Shown here: positions 29,720-39,630 of the stretch, piece after piece
How the letters are laid out: each line of letters starts with the position of its first letter
Numbering within the stretch: the first letter of the stretch is position 1
Assembly (NCBI GenBank): GCA_965224705.1
Contig: OZ245056.1
Coordinates: 2,656,001-2,720,000 of the forward strand
Direction of reading: 5' to 3'
Length of the DNA: 64,000 nucleotides
Source: Spirochaetaceae bacterium
GTDB lineage: Bacteria > Spirochaetota > Spirochaetia > DSM-2461
Program-made: the position numbers and the translations under genes
The notes under the pieces: generated by a model
Databases searched by the model: none
Told to the model about the DNA's origin: nothing
What the model saw: the letters and a program-made list of their open reading frames with translations, nothing else

Positions 29720-30601
29720 ATGGTAAACAAATTAACAGAGTCATTGCCCCTGTTAGTGGGATTATTCATTCTCATGAGCTGTGTTTCAACTGAGTCCGAT
29801 AATTCAGTCAGGGTTGCAGAGCCTGTAATCCTTATCGCAGGTTTCGGAAGCAGTTACGATACGGGAATTGCCAACCTGGAAGATTTTGATGTCCGTATAC
29901 GGCAGAGTTTTCCAGACAACGAGGTTTTATGGGGTTTTACATCTTCCTTCATTGTCAACAAACTGCGCAAAACCGGCACAACAACTCTCTTTGATTCCAG
30001 AGTTCCCCTCTTCAGTCTTGAGGAAGCCTATCATCACCTTCTGGAACAGGGCCGCAGAAATGTACTGGTTGTTATATTCCACATCATGAGGGGAGTCAAG
30101 CATAAGCAGGTACTGGACACACCGACTCCTGGTCTCAATGTAAAATACATCCACCCCTTACTCTATTATGAGGAAAACATTGAAAACTCCGTTCTTGCCC
30201 TTGAGGATAAAATTGCCAGTACCGATGAAACGGCTACTGTATTCTGTGCTCACGGTAATGGAAAAAACCCCCAGTACAATGCTGAACTGGAGATGATCAA
30301 CAACTACCTGCAGTTCCATTATAAAAACACGTATCTGGTCAGCCTGGAAGGAACTCCATCCTGGGAACCAATTCGCAGAAAAATTCTCGAGTCAGGGGTT
30401 TCGAGAGTACAGTTTATTACTTACATGCTGACCTTCGGGGATCATATGCTGAATGATGTCTCAGGAGATGAAGACGATTCCCTGAAGAGTCAGCTGGGAC
30501 TTCCGGCCGAAGTTACCGATGGATTGGCTGCCATGCCCGGTTTCCAGAACATGTTCATCGACAGAATTGAGGACACTCTGGAACAGTTCAAAGGTCTGTA
30601 G
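29720..30601 (+). CDS. cbiK: CbiK-family cobaltochelatase, predicted lipoprotein
   Basis: GFGSSY, GFTSSFI, PLL, AHGN, EGTPS, GDHMLND; signal ending ILMSC. Confidence 0.8.
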   Translation: MVNKLTESLPLLVGLFILMSCVSTESDNSVRVAEPVILIAGFGSSYDTGIANLEDFDVRIRQSFPDNEVLWGFTSSFIVNKLRKTGTTTLFDSRVPLFSLEEAYHHLLEQGRRNVLVVIFHIMRGVKHKQVLDTPTPGLNVKYIHPLLYYEENIENSVLALEDKIASTDETATVFCAHGNGKNPQYNAELEMINNYLQFHYKNTYLVSLEGTPSWEPIRRKILESGVSRVQFITYMLTFGDHMLNDVSGDEDDSLKSQLGLPAEVTDGLAAMPGFQNMFIDRIEDTLEQFKGL

Positions 30602-30613
30602 GCAGATTCAAAC

Positions 30614-31645
30614 ATGAGGATGCTGATCCTTTGCCTGATTACCGTATCATCTTTTCTGTGGGGAGGGGGAAGAGGTGAGTCTGGCAGCATGCTGTCCAAT
30701 GATCCTCCTTCCCATGTTACAGTGACTGATTTCTTTGACAGGGAAGTTCGGGTTCCTCTTCCCGTCGAAACGCTGATAACCTTGAACTCCGGGATGACTG
30801 AAATTGTAGCGGCTCTTGGGGCTGTCGATCGTACAGTGGGAAGGGATAGTTTCAGCACCTTCCCATCCTTCATGAAGAGTGTCCCTGTTACAGGAAAAAA
30901 CTCCTCAAGTCCCAATATGGAAAGAATCCTTGCTCTCAAACCTGATTTACTGCTTGCTGATGCCATGTTTGATGAGGACAGGATAGCGATACTTGAAAAT
31001 CGGAATATCTCAGTCATTATTGAGTCAACCAGCAATCCAGAGCGGCTTCCCAGCCTTGTCAGGAACCTGGGCGCCATCCTTCAGGAAGAGTCCCGTGCGG
31101 AAAAGGTTTTGAGCTTCACGAACAAAACCCTCAAAGACGTATTAAAAGAGGTGGCGGCCATCAATCCCGAAAATCGAAACAAACCCTCCGTTTATTTTGA
31201 GAATCGAAAACAGAATAAAAGTGTCTCCGTACTTTCCGGCCATGATGTTTTTATCGGCTATGCCGGCGGTATGAACATTGCAGCCGACGAACCGGTAAAA
31301 TTCCCTGAACTAAGCCCGGAATTCATCGCGATGTCGAATCCTGATGTTATTATCCGCAGGGTAAGCGGAGATATAACCAGCAAGGCGATGGAAGCTATGC
31401 GATCATCCATCATGGCCAGACCAGGATTGAAATCGGTGGATGCTGTACGAAATGACAGAGTCTACATAATTAAATCCGACCTGTTTATTTCCCTTCGCTA
31501 TCCCGTGGGGATTGTGTATCTGGCCAGCCGCTTTCATCCCGATGTGTGGACATTGAGTCCTGAAAAAATCCATAAGTACTATGTCGATACCCTTTTCGGG
31601 GAGGACGAGTGGAGAAACATAGAGGAAGATTATGTCTATCCCTGA
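30614..31645 (+). CDS. cobalamin/Fe-siderophore ABC transporter substrate-binding protein (BtuF-like)
   Basis: TVTD..REV, PNMERILALKPD, AVRNDRVY. Confidence 0.85.
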   Translation: MRMLILCLITVSSFLWGGGRGESGSMLSNDPPSHVTVTDFFDREVRVPLPVETLITLNSGMTEIVAALGAVDRTVGRDSFSTFPSFMKSVPVTGKNSSSPNMERILALKPDLLLADAMFDEDRIAILENRNISVIIESTSNPERLPSLVRNLGAILQEESRAEKVLSFTNKTLKDVLKEVAAINPENRNKPSVYFENRKQNKSVSVLSGHDVFIGYAGGMNIAADEPVKFPELSPEFIAMSNPDVIIRRVSGDITSKAMEAMRSSIMARPGLKSVDAVRNDRVYIIKSDLFISLRYPVGIVYLASRFHPDVWTLSPEKIHKYYVDTLFGEDEWRNIEEDYVYP

Positions 31646-32687
31646 TCACTCCATAAGCAGGAAACTTCTTCTTCGACGGCATAGAAGACGCTGGATACTA
31701 TCCGGTACATCCCTGATACTTCTCTGCATGGCTGTCCTGTCCGCCGGCCTTGGTTCTGTCCGGATATCACCGGTTGATGTGTGGGCTTCCATCAGAGCTG
31801 GATTGAACGGAAACAGGCCTGAATCCCTGAACCCCGGGATCGTATCAGTCATCTGGGACATCAGACTGCCCAGAATCATGATGGCTCTGTTTGCCGGGAT
31901 GAGTTTATCTCTGGGAGGAGCGGCCATGCAGGGTATAATGCGTAATCCCATGGTCAGTCCCTATACGCTGGGTATATCGGCCGCTTCAGCTTTTGGGGCA
32001 TCTCTTGCCATCGTTCTGGATATTCCAGGGTTTATAATTCCAATGGCATTTCTAACAGCACTTCTGTCCCTGTTTCTTGTACTGCTGTTCTCGCAGAAGG
32101 ATAAAATGCAGGTGGAAAGCCTGATTCTTGCGGGTATAGCTGTGATGTTTGCATTTTCTGCCGGCACATCCCTGCTTCAATACCTGGCCAGCCAGGATGA
32201 ATTAACCCGCATTGTTTTCTGGCTTATGGGATCTCTTGGTTCCACCACCTGGCTTGAATCGGCCACAGCGGCTCTGATCTTTCTGATCTTCGGACCTTTC
32301 ATTTATTCCTTATCCTGGCGTATCAACATCCTTTCCTCCGGTGATGATGGGGCTGGAAGTCTGGGAATCCATCCGCAATTTCTACGTATGGCGGTTATTC
32401 TGGGTGTTACTCTGGTGACGGCAGTCATCGTCAGTTTTTCGGGAGTAATCGGTTTCATTGGATTGGCCTCACCCCACATAGCCCGCATTCTCTTCGGCAG
32501 TGATCACCGTCTTCTCTTCCCTGCTTCCGCTCTGACAGGAGCATTGTTTCTTCTGGTATCCGATACTCTGGCCCGGACACTGTTAGGGAACACGGAATTG
32601 CCCATTGGTATAATAACATCCTTTATCGGTGTCCCATTCCTCATCGCCATTCTCATGAACCGCCGCAAGTTTCGGAATGTGCTGTGA
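31632..32687 (+). CDS. FecCD/BtuC-family permease
   Basis: IRLPR, QGIMRNP, PYTLGIS, GFIGL..PHIAR. Confidence 0.9.
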   Translation: MSIPDHSISRKLLLRRHRRRWILSGTSLILLCMAVLSAGLGSVRISPVDVWASIRAGLNGNRPESLNPGIVSVIWDIRLPRIMMALFAGMSLSLGGAAMQGIMRNPMVSPYTLGISAASAFGASLAIVLDIPGFIIPMAFLTALLSLFLVLLFSQKDKMQVESLILAGIAVMFAFSAGTSLLQYLASQDELTRIVFWLMGSLGSTTWLESATAALIFLIFGPFIYSLSWRINILSSGDDGAGSLGIHPQFLRMAVILGVTLVTAVIVSFSGVIGFIGLASPHIARILFGSDHRLLFPASALTGALFLLVSDTLARTLLGNTELPIGIITSFIGVPFLIAILMNRRKFRNVL

Positions 32688-33454
32688 GTATTCAGGTCCA
32701 CAATTTCAATTTCTCCTACAATCAAAAACCCTTTCTGAAAAATCTTTGTTTCAGCTGCCCTGGCGGTCAGGTTGTTGCCCTTCTCGGAGAAAACGGTTCG
32801 GGCAAATCCACACTGATTTCATGTCTGGCCGGAATGAAGTCAGTCAGAGGTATAAATTGGATGAACAGACCTCTCCAGGACTGGTCAATAGCGGATCGGG
32901 CAAAACACAGGGCTCTGGTTCCTCAGCATTCCATCTTTGAGCCTTCCATGATTCTCTATGACTTTGTTCTCCTGGGGCGTAAACCATGGTTCAGATGGTA
33001 TGAAGGCCCTGGAGACCACAGTGTGGTCAGAGAAGTATTGAATCTGTTTGAATTAACGCATCTTTCCTTTCGTCCACTGGCGGATGTCAGTGGAGGGGAG
33101 CGGCAGAAAGCTGTACTGGCCCGGGCATTTGCTCAGGATACACCTCTTCTTCTCCTTGATGAACCCTTGAACAATCTGGATCTTCGTTTTCAAATGAAAT
33201 TCATGAACTTATTGAAGGAGCGAAGTCAGAGTAAAAATGTATTGATACTCATCGCTCTGCATGACATCAATGCCGCCCTGAGCTGGTGCGACTCCGCCAT
33301 TTTATTGAAAGACGGGTCTCTTGTGGCTCAGGGACCCAACAATGAATCCATCAGTGAAGAAAGTGTCCATCAGATGCTTGATATTAGAATTGACTTCGTC
33401 GAAATCAACGGGAAGCGTCAGATGTTCCTTCCCCTGGAAGAAGTTTCCTCATGA
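32684..33454 (+). CDS. ABC transporter ATPase (BtuD/FecE-like)
   Basis: GENGSGKST, SGGERQ, LLLDEP, LHDIN. Confidence 0.9.
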   Translation: MSIQVHNFNFSYNQKPFLKNLCFSCPGGQVVALLGENGSGKSTLISCLAGMKSVRGINWMNRPLQDWSIADRAKHRALVPQHSIFEPSMILYDFVLLGRKPWFRWYEGPGDHSVVREVLNLFELTHLSFRPLADVSGGERQKAVLARAFAQDTPLLLLDEPLNNLDLRFQMKFMNLLKERSQSKNVLILIALHDINAALSWCDSAILLKDGSLVAQGPNNESISEESVHQMLDIRIDFVEINGKRQMFLPLEEVSS

Positions 33455-33456
33455 AA

Positions 33457-33966
33457 TCACATCTCAATTCCAATTCTGGCCGACACCCCGGACTGGTAGT
33501 AGTGCTTGATCGGTTTCATTTCAGTCACCAGATCAGCTCTCTGGATGAGACGGTTCGGGGCTCCTCGTCCAGTGCAGATTACTTCCATCGTTTCTGGCCG
33601 TTTGTCAAGAATTCTATGAAAATGAGATTCATCCACCAGATTTCGGGAAAGAGCAACATTGATTTCATCCAGAATAAGGAGGTTGAATTCCGCATCAGCA
33701 AAGAGACAGTCAATTCTCTTCAATCCTTCATTGGCCCTGTCCCTGTCCTGATTTGTCACGGATCGGTCAAACATAAGCCCGCATCCAAATTGCTCAACCG
33801 ATACGCCGATTTGATTCAGGATTTTTATCTCAGAATAAGATTTATTCTTGATGAACTGGATGAGTTTTACTTTGAGATCAGCTCCTCTGGCCCTGAGAGC
33901 CAATCCAAAGGCTGCGGTCGATTTTCCTTTGCCGCCGCCCGTGTATACATGAAGGTAACCATTCAT
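33457..33966 (-). CDS. cobO: cob(I)yrinic acid a,c-diamide adenosyltransferase
   Basis: YTGGGKGKSTAAFG, ILDEI, CTGR, ADLVTEM..KH. Confidence 0.92.
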   Translation of the reverse strand: MNGYLHVYTGGGKGKSTAAFGLALRARGADLKVKLIQFIKNKSYSEIKILNQIGVSVEQFGCGLMFDRSVTNQDRDRANEGLKRIDCLFADAEFNLLILDEINVALSRNLVDESHFHRILDKRPETMEVICTGRGAPNRLIQRADLVTEMKPIKHYYQSGVSARIGIEM

Positions 33967-34076
33967 GTCAAAATACTAGCACATCTCAGCCGAAGATAGA
34001 CAGGTGGAGGTAGATGTATGGTTATGTTTTTTCTGACAAATTCAAAACACACCACATCCAGGGTGTTCTTCAGACA

Positions 34077-35048
34077 ATGATGCTTTTTAATCACGACCGC
34101 CCCCTGCTTTTTCTGCTCATTCTGCTGACGGCCCTGGCCCTTGATCTTCTGGCAGGAGATCCGCCAACCCGATACCATCCAGTTGGCTGGCTGGGTCAGG
34201 TTATACAATGTATCTGGGCCGGAAGACTCAGCAGTAAAAAGGTACATCTACTCTTCTGCGGAACTCTTATCCTCTCTACAGGACTTCTTCTTACGACGAT
34301 GATTTCATGGCCGCTGCAGAGATTTCTTCTCTCACTCAGGGGCATACCCCTGTTTGTCGCCATCATAATATCAGCCATTGTTTTCAAATTGTCTTTTTCA
34401 TTGAAGGGGCTCCTTCACGCTAGCAGTAGCGTAAAAAATGCCCTGGACTCTGGAAATCTCCCCAGAGCCAGGCAGTTGGCCAGTCAGAAACTGGTCAGTC
34501 GAACTATGGAAGATGCCGACGAAGCAGCTGTTGTGTCAGCTGTTATTGAATCCCTGAGTGAAAACTTTACAGACAGCCTGGCTTCCCCCATTTTCTATTT
34601 CTCGATCGGAGGACTCCCTGCTGCCTGGGGGTATCGGTTCATTAATACGGCCGATGCCATGCTTGGTTACCATGGGGGGGATAAGGAATGGGGAGGAAAA
34701 ATAACGGCCCGGCTGGATGATGTACTGAATTGGATACCGGCAAGAATTTCAGGCTGGATATTTATTATCGCCTCAGGCCTGACATCTCTGGAGGGCAGGC
34801 TGTCGTCAAAATGCATGCTGACTGATGCCATGAAATGTGCGAGTCCAAACTCAGGATGGACCATGGCGGCGGCCGCTGGAATTCTGGGTATCAGGCTGGA
34901 AAAGAAAGGGCATTATGTTCTTAACTCTCATGGGAGGCTTCCTGTATCTGCGGACATAGACCGATGTATCAATCTTGTCAGAATATCATCTGTGCTACTG
35001 CTGATATCTGTTATATTGTGTATAGTTCTTGTATTGATAGTCCAATAA
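34077..35048 (+). CDS. cbiB: adenosylcobinamide-phosphate synthase
   Basis: GDPP..HPV, ESLSENFTD, INTADAMLGY, ARLDDVLNWIPAR, SPNSGW; start uncertain (34014 or 34077). Confidence 0.92.
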   Translation: MMLFNHDRPLLFLLILLTALALDLLAGDPPTRYHPVGWLGQVIQCIWAGRLSSKKVHLLFCGTLILSTGLLLTTMISWPLQRFLLSLRGIPLFVAIIISAIVFKLSFSLKGLLHASSSVKNALDSGNLPRARQLASQKLVSRTMEDADEAAVVSAVIESLSENFTDSLASPIFYFSIGGLPAAWGYRFINTADAMLGYHGGDKEWGGKITARLDDVLNWIPARISGWIFIIASGLTSLEGRLSSKCMLTDAMKCASPNSGWTMAAAAGILGIRLEKKGHYVLNSHGRLPVSADIDRCINLVRISSVLLLISVILCIVLVLIVQ

Positions 35049-35079
35049 ACCTATATATAGCGTTATTGGAGGGAGTATA

Positions 35080-35622
35080 ATGACGTTGATACTTGGTGGA
35101 ATAAAGAGTGGTAAAAGCTCATTTGCAGCCCGGTTAGCCAGGGACAGAGAACAGCTTGGGCCGGTTGTTTATCTGGCCACGGCGTATGCCGGTGATGAAG
35201 AAATGGCTCAGCGCATCCGGAATCACCGTGCTGACAGACCGGAGAATTGGGAAACAATTGAGGAAGAATTGAATCCGGCCGGGGTGATTCCTAATCTCTC
35301 AGGAGTAAGAACACTGCTTCTGGATTGTGTCACTTCATGGCTCAGCAATTTAATTGCTCCCCTTGGAAAAGAACCGGATCATGACGAAGTCATTCAGTTC
35401 GGACGGAAGGAGGTCAACAAGCTCATGGCCAGTATTAAAAACTGGGAGAAGGGCGGAGGGGAGGCCTTTCTTGTCTCCAACCTGGTGGAACTGGGCCTGG
35501 TATCAGCCTGGCCATTGGGGAGGGTTTTTCAGGATCTGTCGGGCTTCGCGCATCAATTAATTGCTGCGGCCGCCAGCAGAGTCTATCATGTAACAGCGGG
35601 TCTACCTCTCAGATTGAAATGA
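35080..35622 (+). CDS. cobU: adenosylcobinamide kinase / phosphate guanylyltransferase
   Basis: GGIKSGKS, YLATA..DEEM..RI..H...RP, LLDC, AGLPL. Confidence 0.92.
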   Translation: MTLILGGIKSGKSSFAARLARDREQLGPVVYLATAYAGDEEMAQRIRNHRADRPENWETIEEELNPAGVIPNLSGVRTLLLDCVTSWLSNLIAPLGKEPDHDEVIQFGRKEVNKLMASIKNWEKGGGEAFLVSNLVELGLVSAWPLGRVFQDLSGFAHQLIAAAASRVYHVTAGLPLRLK

Positions 35623-35674
35623 AACCTGTCCTGGAACTGATCCCGCCTGATCTTCATTGGGAGTCTCTCCGGGG

Positions 35675-36751
35675 ATGAACAGGGAAGAAGTGTTTCTAAA
35701 CAGAATCAAGGCTTCAGTACAACCCATTGATGAAGATGCGATGAGGAGAGCTGCCTCAAGAATGGATGCTTTGCTGAAACCTCCCGGCTCCCTGGGCCGA
35801 CTGGAAGATCTTGGAATTCTTCTGGCCGGAGTTCAGGGAAACGAAAAGCCTGTGATTGACTCAAAGCTTTCTCTGATTTATGCAGCAGACCATGGCGTTG
35901 CCGCTGAAGGGGTAAGCCTTGCTCATCCTGATGTAACGGGAACCATGGTAAAGGCCTTCTGTTCGGGCAGGGCTGGTATCAATGTTCTGGCATCCCGTGC
36001 CAAATCAGAAATCAGAGTTTTTGACATTGGGGTATCCAGTAACTACGATGCACCCGAATCTGTGCATATCTGCCGTATTCGCCGTGGGACCGGGAACATA
36101 AGAATCAAAGAGGCCATGAGCAGAGATGAGGCCGTCAGGGCTGTCGAAACAGGAATCAAAACGTCACAAACAGCCATCCGGGAAACAGGGGCCCGGTTAG
36201 TTGGTATTGGTGAAATGGGAGTCGGTAACACGACTCCTGCTGCGGCCCTGACATCTGTATTCACCGGTAAAGAAATTGAAAGCGTGACTGGAAGCGGAAC
36301 AGGACTGACATCTCTGGAAATAAAAAAACAGGTTATAAGAGAAGCCTTGCAGCTTCACCAGCCGAACCCGGACGACATAATTGGCACACTGGCCAGAATT
36401 GGAGGTCTGGATATTGCCGGAATGGCAGGAGCCGTGATAGGGACGGCCGAACTGGGATCCCTGGCATTGATTGATGGATTCATCAGCGGGGTTGCCGCAC
36501 TTGTTGCCGTGAAACTGGCTCCCAATGTGCGGGAGCGGATGGTATTCAGTCATCTGTCAGCAGAACCAGGTCATGGAATAATTGCTGATATGCTGGGACT
36601 TCTGCCAATACTTGATCTGAACCTCCGTCTGGGGGAGGGAACAGGCGCTGCCCTGGCCATGCCCATCGTTGAGGCTGGAGCGGCCCTGCTTTCCGAAATG
36701 GGAACAATGACATCAGAACTCGTTCAACTCCAGTTGCCAAAAAGTCGTTGA
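35675..36751 (+). CDS. cobT: nicotinate-nucleotide-DMB phosphoribosyltransferase
   Basis: KPPGSLGRLE, ADHGV, GEMGVGNTT, RLGEGTGA. Confidence 0.95.
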   Translation: MNREEVFLNRIKASVQPIDEDAMRRAASRMDALLKPPGSLGRLEDLGILLAGVQGNEKPVIDSKLSLIYAADHGVAAEGVSLAHPDVTGTMVKAFCSGRAGINVLASRAKSEIRVFDIGVSSNYDAPESVHICRIRRGTGNIRIKEAMSRDEAVRAVETGIKTSQTAIRETGARLVGIGEMGVGNTTPAAALTSVFTGKEIESVTGSGTGLTSLEIKKQVIREALQLHQPNPDDIIGTLARIGGLDIAGMAGAVIGTAELGSLALIDGFISGVAALVAVKLAPNVRERMVFSHLSAEPGHGIIADMLGLLPILDLNLRLGEGTGAALAMPIVEAGAALLSEMGTMTSELVQLQLPKSR

Positions 36752-36782
36752 ATGCATGATAATTATCACATAGGGGTAGACA

Positions 36783-37601
36783 ATGTATAGATCGATGGCA
36801 TTTGCATTATTGGCGACCTGCATTCTAATTAAAATGATGGCCGAGGAATCGCAATACGATGATGCAGTGACTGGCATGACACTGAATGGCTCCACAGGAT
36901 TATTCGTCGTTCCCGATGCTCAAATTGGCTGGGACAGGACCGATATTGGATTGAATTCAGGCTATGGCTTTGTCTGGACAGGGAATCTGGATCATCTACC
37001 GCGTTTTTCAATCAATCTGTTTAGAAAAATTGAAGTCTCCGGGCTGCTGCACTTTAACAGCAGTGGAGTGAAGAACGGTGTCCTGGGAGCAAAGTTTCAG
37101 TTTTTTGAGAAGCAGGGTGCATCCCTGGCCATGGGGGGCGATTTCGAAATCACAGATACCAGTCACTATACCGGCCATAATTCCAAAGTTTATACTTCCG
37201 TAACCTACAGTGGAGACTTCTTCAGCATGCCGGCAACAACTTCTCTGGCATTTGGATGGCAATTCTTGAGTCTGGGTAAGTTCAGCAGCCAGTTGATATA
37301 TGGTATGGGCTTTACGATAGGATTGTTTCCCAACATACTCCATAACTATCTTATGTGGGTCACGGACTTTTCCAACTTCTCCTATGCGGTGCATGGTTCT
37401 GAATTGAATGCAGGAGTCCGGGGGGCATTGAATACAGGTCTGAGAATACATCCTGTCAAGAAGGGGGCATTCAATCTTGTTATCGACATCATTGGTACGG
37501 ATCTCCTGGATACAACTCGCGGACTTACTGTCTCACTGAGTGCCGGCATTGGACTGAAAACTTCCCAAACCAGACTTTCTCTTCCAGAAGGGATGGAATA
37601 A
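36783..37601 (+). CDS. exported hypothetical protein, possible beta-barrel
   Basis: Signal peptide, NGSTGLFVVPDA, amphipathic strand pattern. Confidence 0.5.
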   Translation: MYRSMAFALLATCILIKMMAEESQYDDAVTGMTLNGSTGLFVVPDAQIGWDRTDIGLNSGYGFVWTGNLDHLPRFSINLFRKIEVSGLLHFNSSGVKNGVLGAKFQFFEKQGASLAMGGDFEITDTSHYTGHNSKVYTSVTYSGDFFSMPATTSLAFGWQFLSLGKFSSQLIYGMGFTIGLFPNILHNYLMWVTDFSNFSYAVHGSELNAGVRGALNTGLRIHPVKKGAFNLVIDIIGTDLLDTTRGLTVSLSAGIGLKTSQTRLSLPEGME

Positions 37602-37603
37602 CC

Positions 37604-38671
37604 TTGAGTACTGATGAGAATTTCATCCTCAGAGCAAGGGATTTAGACGGTGTTCTTACAGAAAATGACAGGCAGAACATACTTGGAATGCATGAGTATT
37701 ATGAAGAAGCGATGGAGTCCTTTCAGGCATTGGATGCTGGTGAATCGAAGCCTTCCCTTGTTTCCTCTGAGACGGACAGGATCATACGTTCATATGAAAA
37801 GATGGGGAAATTCATGCAGGAAATTACAACAGACGAACCCAACATCCATGTCTATGGTTTTGAAACTCCATCAACCCAGCATGGAGAAGTTTCCCGCCTC
37901 ATAGCCAAGATCAGGGATATAAGAACCGGGAACGATGAGTTTGTTTATTACATACAGAGAGCCTATGAACTCCTATTCAACCTTGCCTGGGGCGGAGGCG
38001 GAAGAGGACAGAAAAACTACCTGGTCGTAAAGACACCTGTCAATCAGCCATTTACAAATTATGCTGTCCACAAAATCCCTGATGTTGATGAATACATCAA
38101 AAATACAGTAATGTGCGTGATGCTCCGGGGAGCCCTTCTCCCTTCCATGATATTGAGTAAGGAGATACAGGAGTACAGTTCCACTGGTTTTGTAACCTCA
38201 TTTGCCCTTTTTCGCATCAGTCGAAATGAGTCCAAATCGAAAAAAAACATGGAATACATACTGGAACCTGACATGTCCTATTTTAACATCGAATCCCTGA
38301 ATGAAAAGAATCTCATCTTTGCTGATCCAATGAATGCGACGGGAGGGAGCCTGGTTGCCGTTGTCAAGTACCTGCATTCCCGGGGGGTTCATCCAAAATC
38401 TGTCAAAGCATTCAATGTTATTTCTGCTCTTCAAGGAACTCTGCAAATCGTCAGGTCAATTGAAAATGTTGAAGTTTTTACATTGTGGATGGATCCTGTA
38501 CTCAATGACTCAGCATACATTCTGCCGGGTCTTGGGGATGCGGGAGACAGGATTAATGGAAGGGATTCGAACCATCGTCGAAACATAATTCAGCTTATTG
38601 CTGATTATGGGAGCAATCTGGCTGCTCTGTATCGTTCCCAGGTGAGAGAAATTGAGCGAATGGTTTTATGA
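37604..38671 (+). CDS. upp: uracil phosphoribosyltransferase, long spirochaete form
   Basis: MLRGAL, FADPMNATGGS, YILPGLGDAGDR. Confidence 0.88.
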   Translation: MSTDENFILRARDLDGVLTENDRQNILGMHEYYEEAMESFQALDAGESKPSLVSSETDRIIRSYEKMGKFMQEITTDEPNIHVYGFETPSTQHGEVSRLIAKIRDIRTGNDEFVYYIQRAYELLFNLAWGGGGRGQKNYLVVKTPVNQPFTNYAVHKIPDVDEYIKNTVMCVMLRGALLPSMILSKEIQEYSSTGFVTSFALFRISRNESKSKKNMEYILEPDMSYFNIESLNEKNLIFADPMNATGGSLVAVVKYLHSRGVHPKSVKAFNVISALQGTLQIVRSIENVEVFTLWMDPVLNDSAYILPGLGDAGDRINGRDSNHRRNIIQLIADYGSNLAALYRSQVREIERMVL

Positions 38672-38722
38672 GCCTGTCGGACTTACGCCTCACGGCTCGA
38701 AGTCTTAAAGTTCGACAGACTC
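38670..38722. repeat. short (53-bp) form of MITE family B
   Basis: gagcctgtcggactt...aagttcgacagactc, flanked by ttat/ctat, overlapping the upp stop. Confidence 0.85.
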
Positions 38723-38730
38723 CTATAAGT

Positions 38731-39630
38731 ATGAAGACTTATTACGCAAGGCAATGGGTATTCATCATACTGGCAGCCATTATAAGTACTTCCTGCCGCA
38801 CCTGGTCTCGGGCTGATATTGCTGCTGTCAATGCCTTTAATGCGGGCAATGCCTTCCAGGAAAAGGGGGATTACATCAGTGCAGCAGCAGCTTACAGGGA
38901 GGCCCTCACTGTTAAACCCAGGATGACCGCAGCGTCATACAACCTGGCAGTCACCTTAGCCAGATCCAGACAATATGATGAATCAATAAGAATTCTCAAT
39001 GAACTACGGAGACGAAATCCAGAAAGTCTTAAGATCATCAGAACTTCTGGATGGGTGTTGTTCAGGAGTAATGAACTTGAAAAAGCTCTTTCCCAGTACT
39101 TTGAAGCTCTGGCTGTGCTGGAAACTGATGCTGAGACTCTTAAAAGCATTGTTGAAATCTATAAACAACTCCAGCAGTTTGATGATGCTATTAAATATCA
39201 GAAGGATCTTCTTCAAGTTGAAGATACGGACGAAAACCATCTGATTCTTGCAGAATTGTATGCAATGAGTGGATATGCTCAGGAGGCAATCTATGAATAC
39301 GAATGGGGATTCACAAAAGACACTCCAGAGCCAGAGGCCCTGCTTTCTGCTGGAGAGATGGTTGAAAAGCTTGGGTTATACAGCAGGGCAGCAGAGTATT
39401 ATCAGCGTGCCGGCAGGGATGATTCCAGTGCCGGTGCGGCGGCCAGTTTCAGATTGGCTCGATTACAGCTTCTTGAGTTCACTGATTTTGAAGTCGGTAT
39501 CGATTTATTGAAAGCTGCCTTTCAAAAGGGCTTCGATGATGATGAAGCCCTTCACAATCTCCTCCTTGAGATTCCGCCTGAGTTGATTCCAGTGATCCAG
39601 GAGTTGATCAGCCCTGAAGAAGCTTCCTGA
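38731..39630 (+). CDS. TPR-repeat predicted lipoprotein
   Basis: Signal ending ISTSC, TPR motifs (FNAGNA..., SYNLAV...); an in-frame ATG at 38668 is created by the repeat. Confidence 0.8.
   Translation: MKTYYARQWVFIILAAIISTSCRTWSRADIAAVNAFNAGNAFQEKGDYISAAAAYREALTVKPRMTAASYNLAVTLARSRQYDESIRILNELRRRNPESLKIIRTSGWVLFRSNELEKALSQYFEALAVLETDAETLKSIVEIYKQLQQFDDAIKYQKDLLQVEDTDENHLILAELYAMSGYAQEAIYEYEWGFTKDTPEPEALLSAGEMVEKLGLYSRAAEYYQRAGRDDSSAGAAASFRLARLQLLEFTDFEVGIDLLKAAFQKGFDDDEALHNLLLEIPPELIPVIQELISPEEAS

Noticed and set aside
33451..33999. 182-aa plus-strand ORF after the ABC ATPase
   Set aside because: Antisense shadow of the well-supported cobO.
26590..36751. Claim that the cobalamin pathway is incomplete
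   Set aside because: Missing cbi/cob genes may lie outside this window.
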